From positions 750,001 through 782,000 of the forward strand of contig NC_000964.3 of NCBI RefSeq assembly GCF_000009045.1: a stretch of 32,000 bases of DNA, given 5' to 3'. The notes below the pieces were generated by a model that saw only the letters and a program-made list of their open reading frames with translations, was not told where the DNA came from and searched no databases. A program made the position numbers and the translations under genes. The number at the start of each line of letters is the position of its first letter. Position 1 is the stretch's first letter. This stretch comes from Bacillus subtilis subsp. subtilis str. 168. GTDB taxonomy: Bacteria > Bacillota > Bacilli > Bacillales > Bacillaceae. Of the stretch, positions 1 through 8,092 are shown in pieces.

Positions 1-2
1 TG

Positions 3-797
3 GCGGATGTGCCTTATATTCAAACGAAATCTTATGCATCAACAGACCTTGTATTATTGGCGGAACACGAGCCTTTTTACTACACGCTGGAGAAGGATGT
101 GATCAAAGAGCATCCGCTGTCAGATCCATTTGCGTTTTGGTATGAGGGGAAGGATGTCACTATTGAGGCCTATAATGTTGATACGACGGGAAATGAGATC
201 CACATAAACGACAGAAAAACGAAAAAGGAATATACCCTTACCTTGCCTCCGCTTGTCACAATGGGGGCCAGTGATGAGAACTTTATTTATATCATTCAAA
301 GCATGTCTATTTACGTGATTGACAGAAAAACAGAGGAAATGATTGAGACCCTGAGCTTAGCCTCATACGCTGATCAATTCGCAGACTCGGAGGAATTTAT
401 CGTCGCGAGCTCGGATCATAAATTGACTGTGATTGAAAAAGGGACATGGAAGACGACATATATTGCGTATCCTGAAGATCTTGAATATGCAGATACTGTG
501 TACTATGACAAAGAAAGCGGCAGTTTTTACGTGGCGTACGAGGACAAAGAGGGTGGAGCGAACTTGCTGGAATATGGGGAGGATTTTTCTATTCACACAT
601 ACAGCTTGAAATTCCCTTATATGGAGGCGAAGTTTAAGGGGAATCTATTGTATATAGTTGCCCAGGAAGAGCATAAAAAGGGCATCGGCGGATACGTGGG
701 TGTGTTTGATATCCATTCTAAGGAGATGCTTTATCAGTTTGATTTGCCTGAGGAACAGGTGAAGGTTCAGGATTTTGTTGTGGTTGACAATAAGTGA
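3..797 (+). CDS. C-terminal part of a hypothetical protein with beta-propeller-like repetitive strands; 5' end lies outside the window
   Basis: Open frame continues to the left edge (gcg gat gtg cct...) without a stop; stop at 797 is followed by a terminator-like hairpin. No family confidently recognised. Confidence 0.7.
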   Translation, partial: ADVPYIQTKSYASTDLVLLAEHEPFYYTLEKDVIKEHPLSDPFAFWYEGKDVTIEAYNVDTTGNEIHINDRKTKKEYTLTLPPLVTMGASDENFIYIIQSMSIYVIDRKTEEMIETLSLASYADQFADSEEFIVASSDHKLTVIEKGTWKTTYIAYPEDLEYADTVYYDKESGSFYVAYEDKEGGANLLEYGEDFSIHTYSLKFPYMEAKFKGNLLYIVAQEEHKKGIGGYVGVFDIHSKEMLYQFDLPEEQVKVQDFVVVDNK

Positions 798-823
798 ATA
801 CTATATGAAATAGAATGACAAAG

Positions 824-848
824 ACCCTTGCATAAAGGGTTCTTTTTT
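824..848 (+). terminator. Rho-independent terminator after the first CDS
   Basis: ACCCTT gcata AAGGGT followed by TCTTTTTT. Confidence 0.7.
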
Positions 849-897
849 ATGAAAAAAACAAATTGACAGGATGAAAAAACAATTTCTTCCTTCTATA

Positions 898-926
898 TTG
901 TTTTCAAAATTTGGGATTGATAGAAT
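898..926 (+). promoter_or_regulatory. Putative sigma-A promoter of rapH
   Basis: TTGTTT - 17 bp - TAGAAT, 32 bp upstream of the rapH TTG start. Confidence 0.45.
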
Positions 927-958
927 ATGACATATCTCATAGAGAAGGAGGGAAGCCG

Positions 959-2089
959 TTGAGTCAAGCCATACCGTCTTCGCGTGTTGGTGTTAAGATT
1001 AATGAATGGTATAAAATGATTCGCCAGTTCAGTGTTCCGGATGCTGAGATTCTGAAAGCGGAGGTTGAGCAGGACATTCAGCAGATGGAAGAAGATCAGG
1101 ATTTACTGATCTATTATTCTCTGATGTGTTTTCGGCACCAGCTGATGCTTGATTATTTGGAGCCGGGAAAAACATACGGGAATCGCCCTACAGTGACAGA
1201 GCTTCTTGAAACGATCGAGACCCCTCAGAAAAAACTCACAGGTCTTTTGAAATACTACTCTTTGTTTTTCCGCGGCATGTATGAATTTGACCAAAAAGAA
1301 TATGTGGAAGCGATCGGATATTATCGCGAGGCGGAGAAAGAACTGCCGTTTGTGTCAGATGATATTGAGAAAGCGGAATTCCATTTTAAAGTGGCAGAAG
1401 CGTATTATCACATGAAGCAAACCCATGTGTCGATGTATCATATTCTTCAAGCCTTGGACATTTATCAAAACCATCCTCTATACAGCATTAGAACGATACA
1501 AAGCTTGTTTGTGATCGCCGGCAACTATGATGATTTCAAACATTATGATAAAGCGCTCCCGCATTTAGAGGCGGCGCTGGAATTGGCAATGGACATTCAA
1601 AATGACAGGTTTATCGCCATTTCTCTATTGAACATTGCAAACAGCTATGACAGATCAGGAGACGATCAGATGGCTGTAGAACATTTCCAAAAAGCGGCGA
1701 AAGTAAGCAGAGAGAAAGTGCCTGATCTGCTTCCGAAAGTCTTGTTTGGATTAAGCTGGACATTATGTAAAGCGGGCCAAACACAGAAGGCGTTTCAGTT
1801 CATAGAGGAAGGATTAGACCATATCACAGCACGTTCTCACAAATTTTATAAAGAATTGTTTCTGTTCTTGCAGGCCGTGTACAAGGAGACTGTTGATGAA
1901 CGAAAAATTCATGATCTTTTAAGCTATTTCGAAAAAAAGAACCTGCACGCTTACATTGAAGCATGTGCCCGGAGTGCTGCCGCTGTTTTTGAAAGCAGCT
2001 GTCACTTTGAACAAGCAGCTGCGTTTTATCGGAAAGTGCTGAAAGCCCAAGAAGATATTCTAAAAGGAGAGTGTTTATATGCCTATTAA
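959..2089 (+). CDS. rapH: Response regulator aspartate phosphatase RapH (TPR repeats)
   Basis: Protein MSQAIPSSRVGVKINEWYKMIRQFSV... with TPR-like repeats. TTG start at 959 preceded by AAGGAGGG; gives 376 aa. Upstream in-frame codons in the ORF track (from 911) lack a good SD. Confidence 0.93.
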   Translation: MSQAIPSSRVGVKINEWYKMIRQFSVPDAEILKAEVEQDIQQMEEDQDLLIYYSLMCFRHQLMLDYLEPGKTYGNRPTVTELLETIETPQKKLTGLLKYYSLFFRGMYEFDQKEYVEAIGYYREAEKELPFVSDDIEKAEFHFKVAEAYYHMKQTHVSMYHILQALDIYQNHPLYSIRTIQSLFVIAGNYDDFKHYDKALPHLEAALELAMDIQNDRFIAISLLNIANSYDRSGDDQMAVEHFQKAAKVSREKVPDLLPKVLFGLSWTLCKAGQTQKAFQFIEEGLDHITARSHKFYKELFLFLQAVYKETVDERKIHDLLSYFEKKNLHAYIEACARSAAAVFESSCHFEQAAAFYRKVLKAQEDILKGECLYAY

Positions 2090-2228
2090 GAAAAAAGTGA
2101 TGATGTGTCTGGCTGTTACTCTAGTTTTCGGAAGCATGTCGTTTCCAACCCTGACAAACTCCGGTGGATTTAAGGAATCGACAGATCGAAATACGACGTA
2201 TATCGATCATTCCCCTTACAAACTTAGT
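2079..2228 (+). CDS. phrH: Phr-type secreted pentapeptide/hexapeptide precursor (RapH inhibitor)
   Basis: Overlaps the rapH 3' end; MPIKKKVMMCLAVTLVFGSMSFPTLTNSGGFKESTDRNTTYIDHSPYKT*. Signal peptide plus TDRNTT mature-peptide region. As written the frame ends at TAG 2226-2228. Confidence 0.85.
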
Positions 2229-2238
2229 GATCAGAAGA

Positions 2239-2263
2239 AAGCCCTTAGCTAGGGCTTTTTCTT
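2239..2263 (+). terminator. Rho-independent terminator after rapH-phrH
   Basis: AAAGCCCT tagct AGGGCTTTTTC. Confidence 0.8.
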
Positions 2264-2411
2264 GCTTTACGGAAGACGTTCCATTTTCCACATCGCGGCA
2301 TTCCTTCTATTTCTAACGCAAGACACTCGAAACAACCAAACCATTTGAGGTATAATGGATAAAGTGAATAACAGTATTTAGATTGATATATATGAAAGAG
2401 AGTGGAACATC

Positions 2412-3131
2412 ATGGGCCGTAAGTGGAACAATATTAAAGAGAAGAAGGCGTCTAAGGACGCAAATACGAGTCGGATTTATGCGAAGTTTGGCCGTGAGAT
2501 TTATGTGGCGGCGAAACAGGGCGAGCCTGATCCGGAATCCAACCAGGCGCTGAAGGTTGTGCTTGAACGTGCGAAGACTTACAGCGTGCCGAAAAACATC
2601 ATTGAACGTGCGATCGAGAAGGCGAAGGGCGGAGCGGAAGAGAATTACGATGAGCTTCGTTATGAGGGCTTCGGGCCGAACGGATCAATGATTATCGTTG
2701 ATGCGCTGACGAATAATGTAAACCGTACGGCGCCGGAAGTGCGTGCGGCGTTCGGGAAAAACGGCGGAAACATGGGTGTGAGCGGATCTGTTGCTTACAT
2801 GTTTGACGCGACGGCTGTAATCGGTGTGGAAGGCAAAACGGCTGACGAAGCGCTTGAAATCCTGATGGAAGCGGATGTTGATGTACGTGACATTTTAGAA
2901 GAGGATGACAGCGCGATCGTGTATGCCGAGCCTGATCAATTCCATGCGGTGCAAGAGGCGTTTAAAAACGCGGGTGTCGAGGAATTTACAGTAGCGGAGC
3001 TGACAATGCTTGCGCAAAGTGAAGTAACGCTTCCGGATGATGCAAAGGAACAGTTTGAAAAATTGATTGATGCATTAGAAGATTTGGAAGATGTTCAGCA
3101 GGTATATCATAACGTTGATTTAGGTGAGTAA
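2412..3131 (+). CDS. yeeI: YebC/PmpR-family protein (probable transcriptional or translational regulator)
   Basis: [44 protein letters not shown]... typical of the YebC/TACO1 family; 239 aa. Confidence 0.93.
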   Translation: MGRKWNNIKEKKASKDANTSRIYAKFGREIYVAAKQGEPDPESNQALKVVLERAKTYSVPKNIIERAIEKAKGGAEENYDELRYEGFGPNGSMIIVDALTNNVNRTAPEVRAAFGKNGGNMGVSGSVAYMFDATAVIGVEGKTADEALEILMEADVDVRDILEEDDSAIVYAEPDQFHAVQEAFKNAGVEEFTVAELTMLAQSEVTLPDDAKEQFEKLIDALEDLEDVQQVYHNVDLGE

Positions 3132-3137
3132 GGAGTG

Positions 3138-3165
3138 AGCAGGCTGTTATGGCCTGCTTTTTTTG
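3138..3165 (+). terminator. Rho-independent terminator after yeeI
   Basis: AGCAGGC tgttatg GCCTGCT TTTTTT. Confidence 0.85.
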
Positions 3166-3264
3166 TCCCGGAAATTGTTTTAGCTGTATGTAGGCGGCCG
3201 CCTATACGATCTATAAGATATTCTCATACTCTGGACTGTAACCTATGTGAAGGAGAGAGTAAAT

Positions 3265-3702
3265 ATGACTGATACAAGACATATGTATGGCGGACCTGGT
3301 TTTGGTCATTATCAGGGCTTTGGTATTGGCCACCCGGGCTATGGCATGCAAAGCACAGGCTATCCGGGCTATGGCATGTATGGAGGCCACCCGGGCTATG
3401 GCATGCAAGGCTACCCAGATCACGGCATACATGGAGGAGTCGGCGGCTATCCGGGATATGGTGGGTACGGCGGTTACCCAAGCGGCGGCTATGGAGGCTC
3501 TCCGGGAACTGGAAGCTATCCGAGCATGCACCATGAAAATGATGGCCATCACCACTATTATCACCATCATCATGATGGAAAAGATAATCTTCATCACCAT
3601 CATCACCATGTTGGAAAGGATAATCATCACCACCATCATGATGGTCATTATGGCCACCATCATCACCATATGGGCCACTGGGGAAAAGACGGTTATAAAT
3701 AA
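3265..3702 (+). CDS. yeeK: Spore coat-associated protein, Gly/Tyr/His-rich low complexity
   Basis: ATG 3265 with an AAGGAGAG SD; 145 aa with repeated HPGYGMQ motifs and several poly-His runs. Confidence 0.88.
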   Translation: MTDTRHMYGGPGFGHYQGFGIGHPGYGMQSTGYPGYGMYGGHPGYGMQGYPDHGIHGGVGGYPGYGGYGGYPSGGYGGSPGTGSYPSMHHENDGHHHYYHHHHDGKDNLHHHHHHVGKDNHHHHHDGHYGHHHHHMGHWGKDGYK

Positions 3703-3724
3703 AGAAGATGATGATAAAAAGAGG

Positions 3725-3753
3725 ACACTCTTGCAGATCAAGAGTGTTTTTTT
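3725..3753 (+). terminator. Rho-independent terminator after yeeK
   Basis: ACACTCTTG cagat CAAGAGTGT TTTTTT. Confidence 0.85.
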
Positions 3754-3763
3754 AGCTTTTTTC

Positions 3764-3784
3764 TTGACTGTTCAGTCTGGAAAA
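3764..3784. promoter_or_regulatory. Candidate TetR-type operator, copy A, overlapping a -35-like TTGACT upstream of yezE
   Basis: TTGACTGTTCAGTCTGGAAAA; perfect palindrome GACTGTTCAGTC is not self-complementary in the central TT but has 5-bp arms GACTG/CAGTC. A possible -10 TAACAT lies 18 bp from TTGACT. Confidence 0.55.
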
Positions 3785-3816
3785 TGGTAACATTTGTTTC
3801 AGGAGGTGATCATTTT

Positions 3817-4401
3817 TTGGGGAGGAATAAAGAATTTGATACGGCGCTTGTTCTTCACAGGGCGATAGAGGTTTTTGGAGAGTATGGCTACGAAGGAACG
3901 TCTCTTCAGGATCTGCTCTCTCATTTAGGCATTGCGCGCCAAAGTTTGTATGATACGTATGGAACGAAGCGTGATTTGTTTTTGTCCGCTGTGAAATCGT
4001 ATCTTGAAGGGAAAAACGCTGCCGTTATGGAAAGGCTTGAAGCGCCAGGATCTGTAAAGGAAGCCATTCGTGATATTTTTCAGGAGGGTGTCAATGCCCT
4101 GAGGGATCCGGAACGGGCGAAGGCGTGCTACATTATTAACAGCGCGATTGAACAGATCCCGCATGACCCTGAGCTTGCCCGGTATTTTGAAAGACAATCC
4201 AAGCAGCTTGAGGACGCTTTTTATCACGGGCTTTTAAGAGCGAAGGATCAAGGAGAATTGAATGGCGAAGATACTGATATATCTGCGCTTGCTCGGTACC
4301 TGAATCAGAGCAGGCTGTCACTGACATTTATTGCAAAAGTGACGGCAGATATGGATCGGCTTCAGGACCATGTTGACGTGAGTTTATCAGTGCTTGATTA
4401 A
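3817..4401 (+). CDS. yezE: TetR/AcrR-family transcriptional regulator
   Basis: TTG start preceded by AGGAGGTG; N-terminal HTH (GYEGTSLQDLLSHLGIARQSLYDTYGTKRDLF); 194 aa. Confidence 0.88.
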   Translation: MGRNKEFDTALVLHRAIEVFGEYGYEGTSLQDLLSHLGIARQSLYDTYGTKRDLFLSAVKSYLEGKNAAVMERLEAPGSVKEAIRDIFQEGVNALRDPERAKACYIINSAIEQIPHDPELARYFERQSKQLEDAFYHGLLRAKDQGELNGEDTDISALARYLNQSRLSLTFIAKVTADMDRLQDHVDVSLSVLD

Positions 4402-4436
4402 CATGTGGTAAAGGATTCTTTGCCCATGTATGTACT

Positions 4437-4459
4437 TTTTGGACTGAATAGTCTAGAAA
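4437..4459. promoter_or_regulatory. Candidate TetR-type operator, copy B, upstream of yesE
   Basis: TTTTGGACTGAATAGTCTAGAAA; arms TGGACT/AGTCTA around GAAT; identical over 23 bp to 5766-5788. Confidence 0.6.
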
Positions 4460-4479
4460 TAAAAATGAGGTGATGATGA

Positions 4480-4923
4480 ATGTTGATGAATGAGTTTGAA
4501 AAAGCATGTGAAACATTGAGAAAGTTTATGGCTTATATGCTTGAGAAGGACATGAAGAGCTGGACGGAGCTTTGGGATGAGAATGCTGTATTTGAGTTTC
4601 CTTATGCGCCGGAGGGATCACCAAAAAGAATAGAAGGAAAAGCGGCCATTTACGATTATATTAAAGATTATCCTAAGCAGATTCATCTTTCTTCATTTAC
4701 CGCTCCGACAGTGTACCGTTCAGCAGACTCGAATACGGTGATTGCGGAGTTTCAATGTGACGGCCATGTGATTGAGACTGGACTGCCTTATCGCCAAAGC
4801 TATATCAGTGTCATCGAAACGAGAGACGGCCGCATTGTGCGTTATAGGGATTATTGGAATCCGCTTGTTGTAAAAGAGGCCTTTGGAGGATCATTTTTGC
4901 AAACAGAGGAGAGTGGGAAATGA
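4480..4923 (+). CDS. yesE: SnoaL-like/NTF2-fold protein
   Basis: 147 aa; ...MKSWTELWDENAVFEFPYAPEGSPKRIEGKAAIYDYI... typical of the SnoaL-like fold. Start could also be the ATG 6 nt downstream. Confidence 0.85.
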   Translation: MLMNEFEKACETLRKFMAYMLEKDMKSWTELWDENAVFEFPYAPEGSPKRIEGKAAIYDYIKDYPKQIHLSSFTAPTVYRSADSNTVIAEFQCDGHVIETGLPYRQSYISVIETRDGRIVRYRDYWNPLVVKEAFGGSFLQTEESGK

Positions 4924-5780
4924 TGAAACAGAATCCGATTTTAATCACGGGCGGGACCGGCACAGTCGGCAGCCGAATCGCCAGCCGTTTAATAAAGCTG
5001 GGATACAGAGTGCGTATTGCAAGCCGGAAAAAGGGCGCGCTTGCTGATGCTGAGTATGTGTATTTTAATTGGAAGTACGCCTCCAGTTTTACGCCTGCTC
5101 TGGAACAGGTAAAACAGATCTATCTTGTTGCTCCGGTCGGTGTATTTGATCCGGCTCCCTATGTGCTTCCCTTTTTAAAGGAAGCAAAGCGTCTCGGCGC
5201 AAAGCGGGTAGTGATGCAAAGTGCGTCTGTTGTCTCCGAGAACGGTCCCGTGTTTGGCGCGCTTCACCAGGCAGTGCGCGAGTTTCCAGAATGGACGGTG
5301 CTGCGGCCCTCATACTTTATGCAAAATTTCATCAATGTCCAGCACCGCATGTCTATTCAAACGGAGGGGCGCATCACAACGGCTTCGGGTGAAGGAAAAC
5401 TTGGGTTTATTGACGCTGATGACATCGCAGAAACAGCCGTCAGGGCTTTGATTGATGATGTTCCTCATCAAACACATCATATTCTGACAGGTCCCGAGGC
5501 GCTGAGCTATGCCGAAGCGGCGGAGATCATTGGAGCTGCGGCGGGACGCCGGGTGGAGCATGTCAGCATTTCTCGTTCCGAGCTGCAGCATAAAATGGAG
5601 GCAGGAGGTTTGCCCGCGGATTATGCCCATTTTATGGCGAAGCTTGATGAGGCAATTAGCCATGGTGCGGAACATCGGGTAACGGATACAGTGAAGCGTG
5701 TGACGGGAAAAGAACCTCGTTCGCTGTCAGAGTTTGCGGCTGCTCATGCTGCATATTGGACCTCATTTTGGACTGAATAG
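4920..5780 (+). CDS. yesF: NmrA-like NAD(P)-binding oxidoreductase (atypical SDR)
   Basis: MMKQNPILITGGTGTVGSRIASRLIKLGYRVRI Rossmann motif. ATG 4920 overlaps the yesE stop; 286 aa. Confidence 0.88.
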   Translation: MMKQNPILITGGTGTVGSRIASRLIKLGYRVRIASRKKGALADAEYVYFNWKYASSFTPALEQVKQIYLVAPVGVFDPAPYVLPFLKEAKRLGAKRVVMQSASVVSENGPVFGALHQAVREFPEWTVLRPSYFMQNFINVQHRMSIQTEGRITTASGEGKLGFIDADDIAETAVRALIDDVPHQTHHILTGPEALSYAEAAEIIGAAAGRRVEHVSISRSELQHKMEAGGLPADYAHFMAKLDEAISHGAEHRVTDTVKRVTGKEPRSLSEFAAAHAAYWTSFWTE

Positions 5781-5788
5781 TCTAGAAA
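5766..5788. promoter_or_regulatory. Candidate TetR-type operator, copy C, spanning the yesF stop codon
   Basis: TTTTGGACTGAATAGTCTAGAAA, exact 23-bp copy of 4437-4459. Confidence 0.5.
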
Positions 5789-5817
5789 GACCTTCGGCGC
5801 TTCCGAAGGTCTTCTTA
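5787..5817 (+). terminator. Rho-independent terminator after yesF
   Basis: AAGACCTTCGG cgctt CCGAAGGTCTT cttatt. Confidence 0.8.
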
Positions 5818-5842
5818 TTGAAAAAGCTAAGTCGTGTTTTAG

Positions 5843-5871
5843 TCATAATCATGCCTCCTGCCTCATACCTA
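5843..5871 (+). promoter_or_regulatory. Putative sigma-E promoter of cotJABC
   Basis: TCATAAT - 14 bp - CATACCTA, resembling sigma-E -35/-10 elements, 35 bp upstream of cotJA. Confidence 0.6.
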
Positions 5872-5906
5872 TTAAGGTCATTGTTTTTGAGAAAGGAGGA
5901 GCCGGA

Positions 5907-6155
5907 ATGAAGGATATGCAGCCGTTTACGCCTGTCAAATCATATACGCCCTTTCACAGCCGTTTTGATCCCTGTCCGCCCATAGGGAAGAAATATTACA
6001 GAACGCCCCCTAACCTTTATATGACCTTTCAGCCTGAGCACATGGAGCAGTTTTCGCCGATGGAGGCTTTGAGGAAAGGCACCCTTTGGAAGGATCTCTA
6101 TGATTTTTATGAAAACCCTTATCGAGGGGGAGACGCACATGGCAAAAAAGGTTGA
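5907..6155 (+). CDS. cotJA: Spore coat protein CotJA
   Basis: 82 aa, [43 protein letters not shown]...; SD AAGGAGG. Confidence 0.93.
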
Positions 6156-6402
6156 CGCCGAATATTATCGTCAGCTAGAGCAAATACAGGCTGCTGATTT
6201 TGTGCTTGTTGAGCTGAGTCTTTATTTAAATACACATCCTCATGATGAAGATGCGTTGAAGCAATTCAATCAATATTCCGGCTATTCAAGGCACTTAAAA
6301 AGACAGTTCGAATCCTCTTACGGACCGCTTCTGCAGTTCGGCAACAGCCCCGCGGGCAAGGATTGGGATTGGGGAAAAGGGCCATGGCCGTGGCAAGTAT
6401 AA
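6139..6402 (+). CDS. cotJB: Spore coat protein CotJB
   Basis: [34 protein letters not shown]...; 87 aa; overlaps the cotJA 3' end. Confidence 0.93.
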
Positions 6403-6416
6403 GGAGGAATGCCTGA

Positions 6417-6986
6417 ATGTGGGTGTATGAAAAGAAGCTGCAATACCCTGTCAAGGTCAGTACGTGCAACCCGACGCTGGCGAAGTATTTGATTGAGCAG
6501 TATGGCGGAGCGGACGGCGAGCTGGCCGCGGCTCTCCGGTATTTGAACCAGCGTTATACGATTCCTGATAAGGTCATCGGCCTTTTAACAGATATCGGCA
6601 CGGAGGAGTTTGCCCATTTGGAAATGATTGCGACCATGGTCTATAAGTTAACGAAAGACGCCACACCGGAGCAGCTGCGTGAAGCTGGGCTTGGCGATCA
6701 TTACGTCAATCACGACAGCGCGCTTTTTTATCATAATGCGGCGGGCGTGCCGTTTACCGCGAGCTATATCCAAGCGAAGGGCGATCCGATTGCCGATTTA
6801 TACGAAGATATTGCCGCAGAAGAAAAGGCGCGGGCGACGTATCAATGGCTGATTGATATTTCGGATGATCCTGATTTAAACGATTCCCTGCGTTTTTTGC
6901 GTGAGCGTGAAATCGTACACTCTATGCGCTTCAGAGAAGCGGTTGAAATTTTAAAAGAAGAACGGGATAAAAAGAAGATTTTCTAA
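6417..6986 (+). CDS. cotJC: Spore coat protein CotJC (manganese-catalase-like)
   Basis: MWVYEKKLQYPVKVSTCNPTLAKYLIEQYGGADGELAAALRYLNQ...; 189 aa. Confidence 0.93.
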   Translation: MWVYEKKLQYPVKVSTCNPTLAKYLIEQYGGADGELAAALRYLNQRYTIPDKVIGLLTDIGTEEFAHLEMIATMVYKLTKDATPEQLREAGLGDHYVNHDSALFYHNAAGVPFTASYIQAKGDPIADLYEDIAAEEKARATYQWLIDISDDPDLNDSLRFLREREIVHSMRFREAVEILKEERDKKKIF

Positions 6987-7110
6987 TAGGCAGATTGGCC
7001 TCTCTTTCATACACCCTTTTACATACAGAGAAAATGGTCTGTTTTTGCAGTTTGGTCTGCATTATAATCAAGGTGTGTGTGCAAGCTTACTTTTTGATTG
7101 GGAGGCCTTT

Positions 7111-7653
7111 ATGACAGCTTTTAAGATTGAGAACGAAACGATTGCAGATGGATTTTACGCGTGTCCGGCCGTCTATGAGGATGCAGAATCGATTACCGGG
7201 TTGCTCGTCCGAACAGCTGAATGGCTCCGGGATCGGGGTTCTAACCAATGGAGCGGACTTCTCAAAGGGCAAGATATACATGATATCACGGGGTCAATTG
7301 AAAAGGGACATGTGTTTGTGTTTAAAAAAGATGAAGAGCTTGCGGCTGTCGTGATGCTGCTGCCTGCACCGAGCGAGTGGGACCGGACGCTTTGGGGAGA
7401 CGATGGGCATGAGGAGTCCATTTATTTACACCGCCTCGCAGTAAGCCGCCGGTTTGCGGGACAGGGGCTTGGAGCCCGCGTCCTTCAGTGGGCGGAGACG
7501 GGCATACACTTTCCGGAAAAAACGCGGATCCGGCTTGACTGTGTCGCTGATAGTGACGCCCTGCATTCCTTTTATCGGCGTATGGGATATGAATTCATGG
7601 GTGCTGATGCGTCCGGATATCATTTGTTTGAGAAAGAGATTACGGCAGAATAA
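7111..7653 (+). CDS. yesJ: GNAT-family N-acetyltransferase
   Basis: Start at ATG 7111 with SD GGGAGG; motif HRLAVSRRFAGQGLGARVLQWAE; 180 aa. Confidence 0.86.
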   Translation: MTAFKIENETIADGFYACPAVYEDAESITGLLVRTAEWLRDRGSNQWSGLLKGQDIHDITGSIEKGHVFVFKKDEELAAVVMLLPAPSEWDRTLWGDDGHEESIYLHRLAVSRRFAGQGLGARVLQWAETGIHFPEKTRIRLDCVADSDALHSFYRRMGYEFMGADASGYHLFEKEITAE

Positions 7654-7705
7654 GCGTCCTTTGCAGGGGGCTTTTTTGTCTTTTTCTAAAAGGGAGGCAG
7701 GCGAT

Positions 7706-7978
7706 GTGTGGTCAATATTATTTGTGACAGGGATTGTGACGGCTTGTCTGTTTGCTGGCGTATCCGTATTGATGCGGATGAGATTTCCTGACAAAAGTCG
7801 GCCGGAATGGATGTTGGCCGGGCTGATCGTCCTTGGTGTGTTTGCGATCTGGTACAGCCTCGTGTATGTACGCGGCTGGGAAGGGGCTGCGCTCGGAATG
7901 CTTGGATTCAATGTCATTTTCGGAGCCATTGCCGGATATTTGATCGATAAGGCCATCCGGCGTTACAGGAAAAGATAA
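7706..7978 (+). CDS. yesK: Small membrane protein (YesK family)
   Basis: GTG start after AGGGAGGCAGG; three predicted hydrophobic segments; 90 aa. Confidence 0.75.
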   Translation: MWSILFVTGIVTACLFAGVSVLMRMRFPDKSRPEWMLAGLIVLGVFAIWYSLVYVRGWEGAALGMLGFNVIFGAIAGYLIDKAIRRYRKR

Positions 7979-8063
7979 GGCTGCTGCCGTCTCTCAACAG
8001 GTCGAAATTTTCACAGACCGGCAGGAATTTTCTTTCGAAAGGAGAAATACATATTACTTTAAA

Positions 8064-8079
8064 ATGAAAGCGTTTTCCA
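8064..8079. promoter_or_regulatory. cre-like sequence upstream of yesL
   Basis: ATGAAAGCGTTTTCCA resembles the CcpA cre consensus with a mismatch near the 3' end. Confidence 0.45.
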
Positions 8080-8092
8080 AAGCAGGAAGGTG

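Noticed and set aside
3293-3445. Repeated YPGYGMYGGHPGYGMQ-coding units considered as a CRISPR or tandem DNA repeat array
   Set aside because: Units are short, imperfect and in frame, with no constant-length unique spacers; explained by protein repeats.
3211-3741. Long minus-strand and shifted-frame ORFs over yeeK (3211..3741, 3224..3481, 3287..3790)
   Set aside because: They arise from the repetitive low-complexity sequence of yeeK; the 3265 frame has the SD and the recognised product.
7426-7956. 176-aa minus-strand ORF over yesJ-yesK
   Set aside because: Overlaps two better supported + strand genes and has no recognisable domain.
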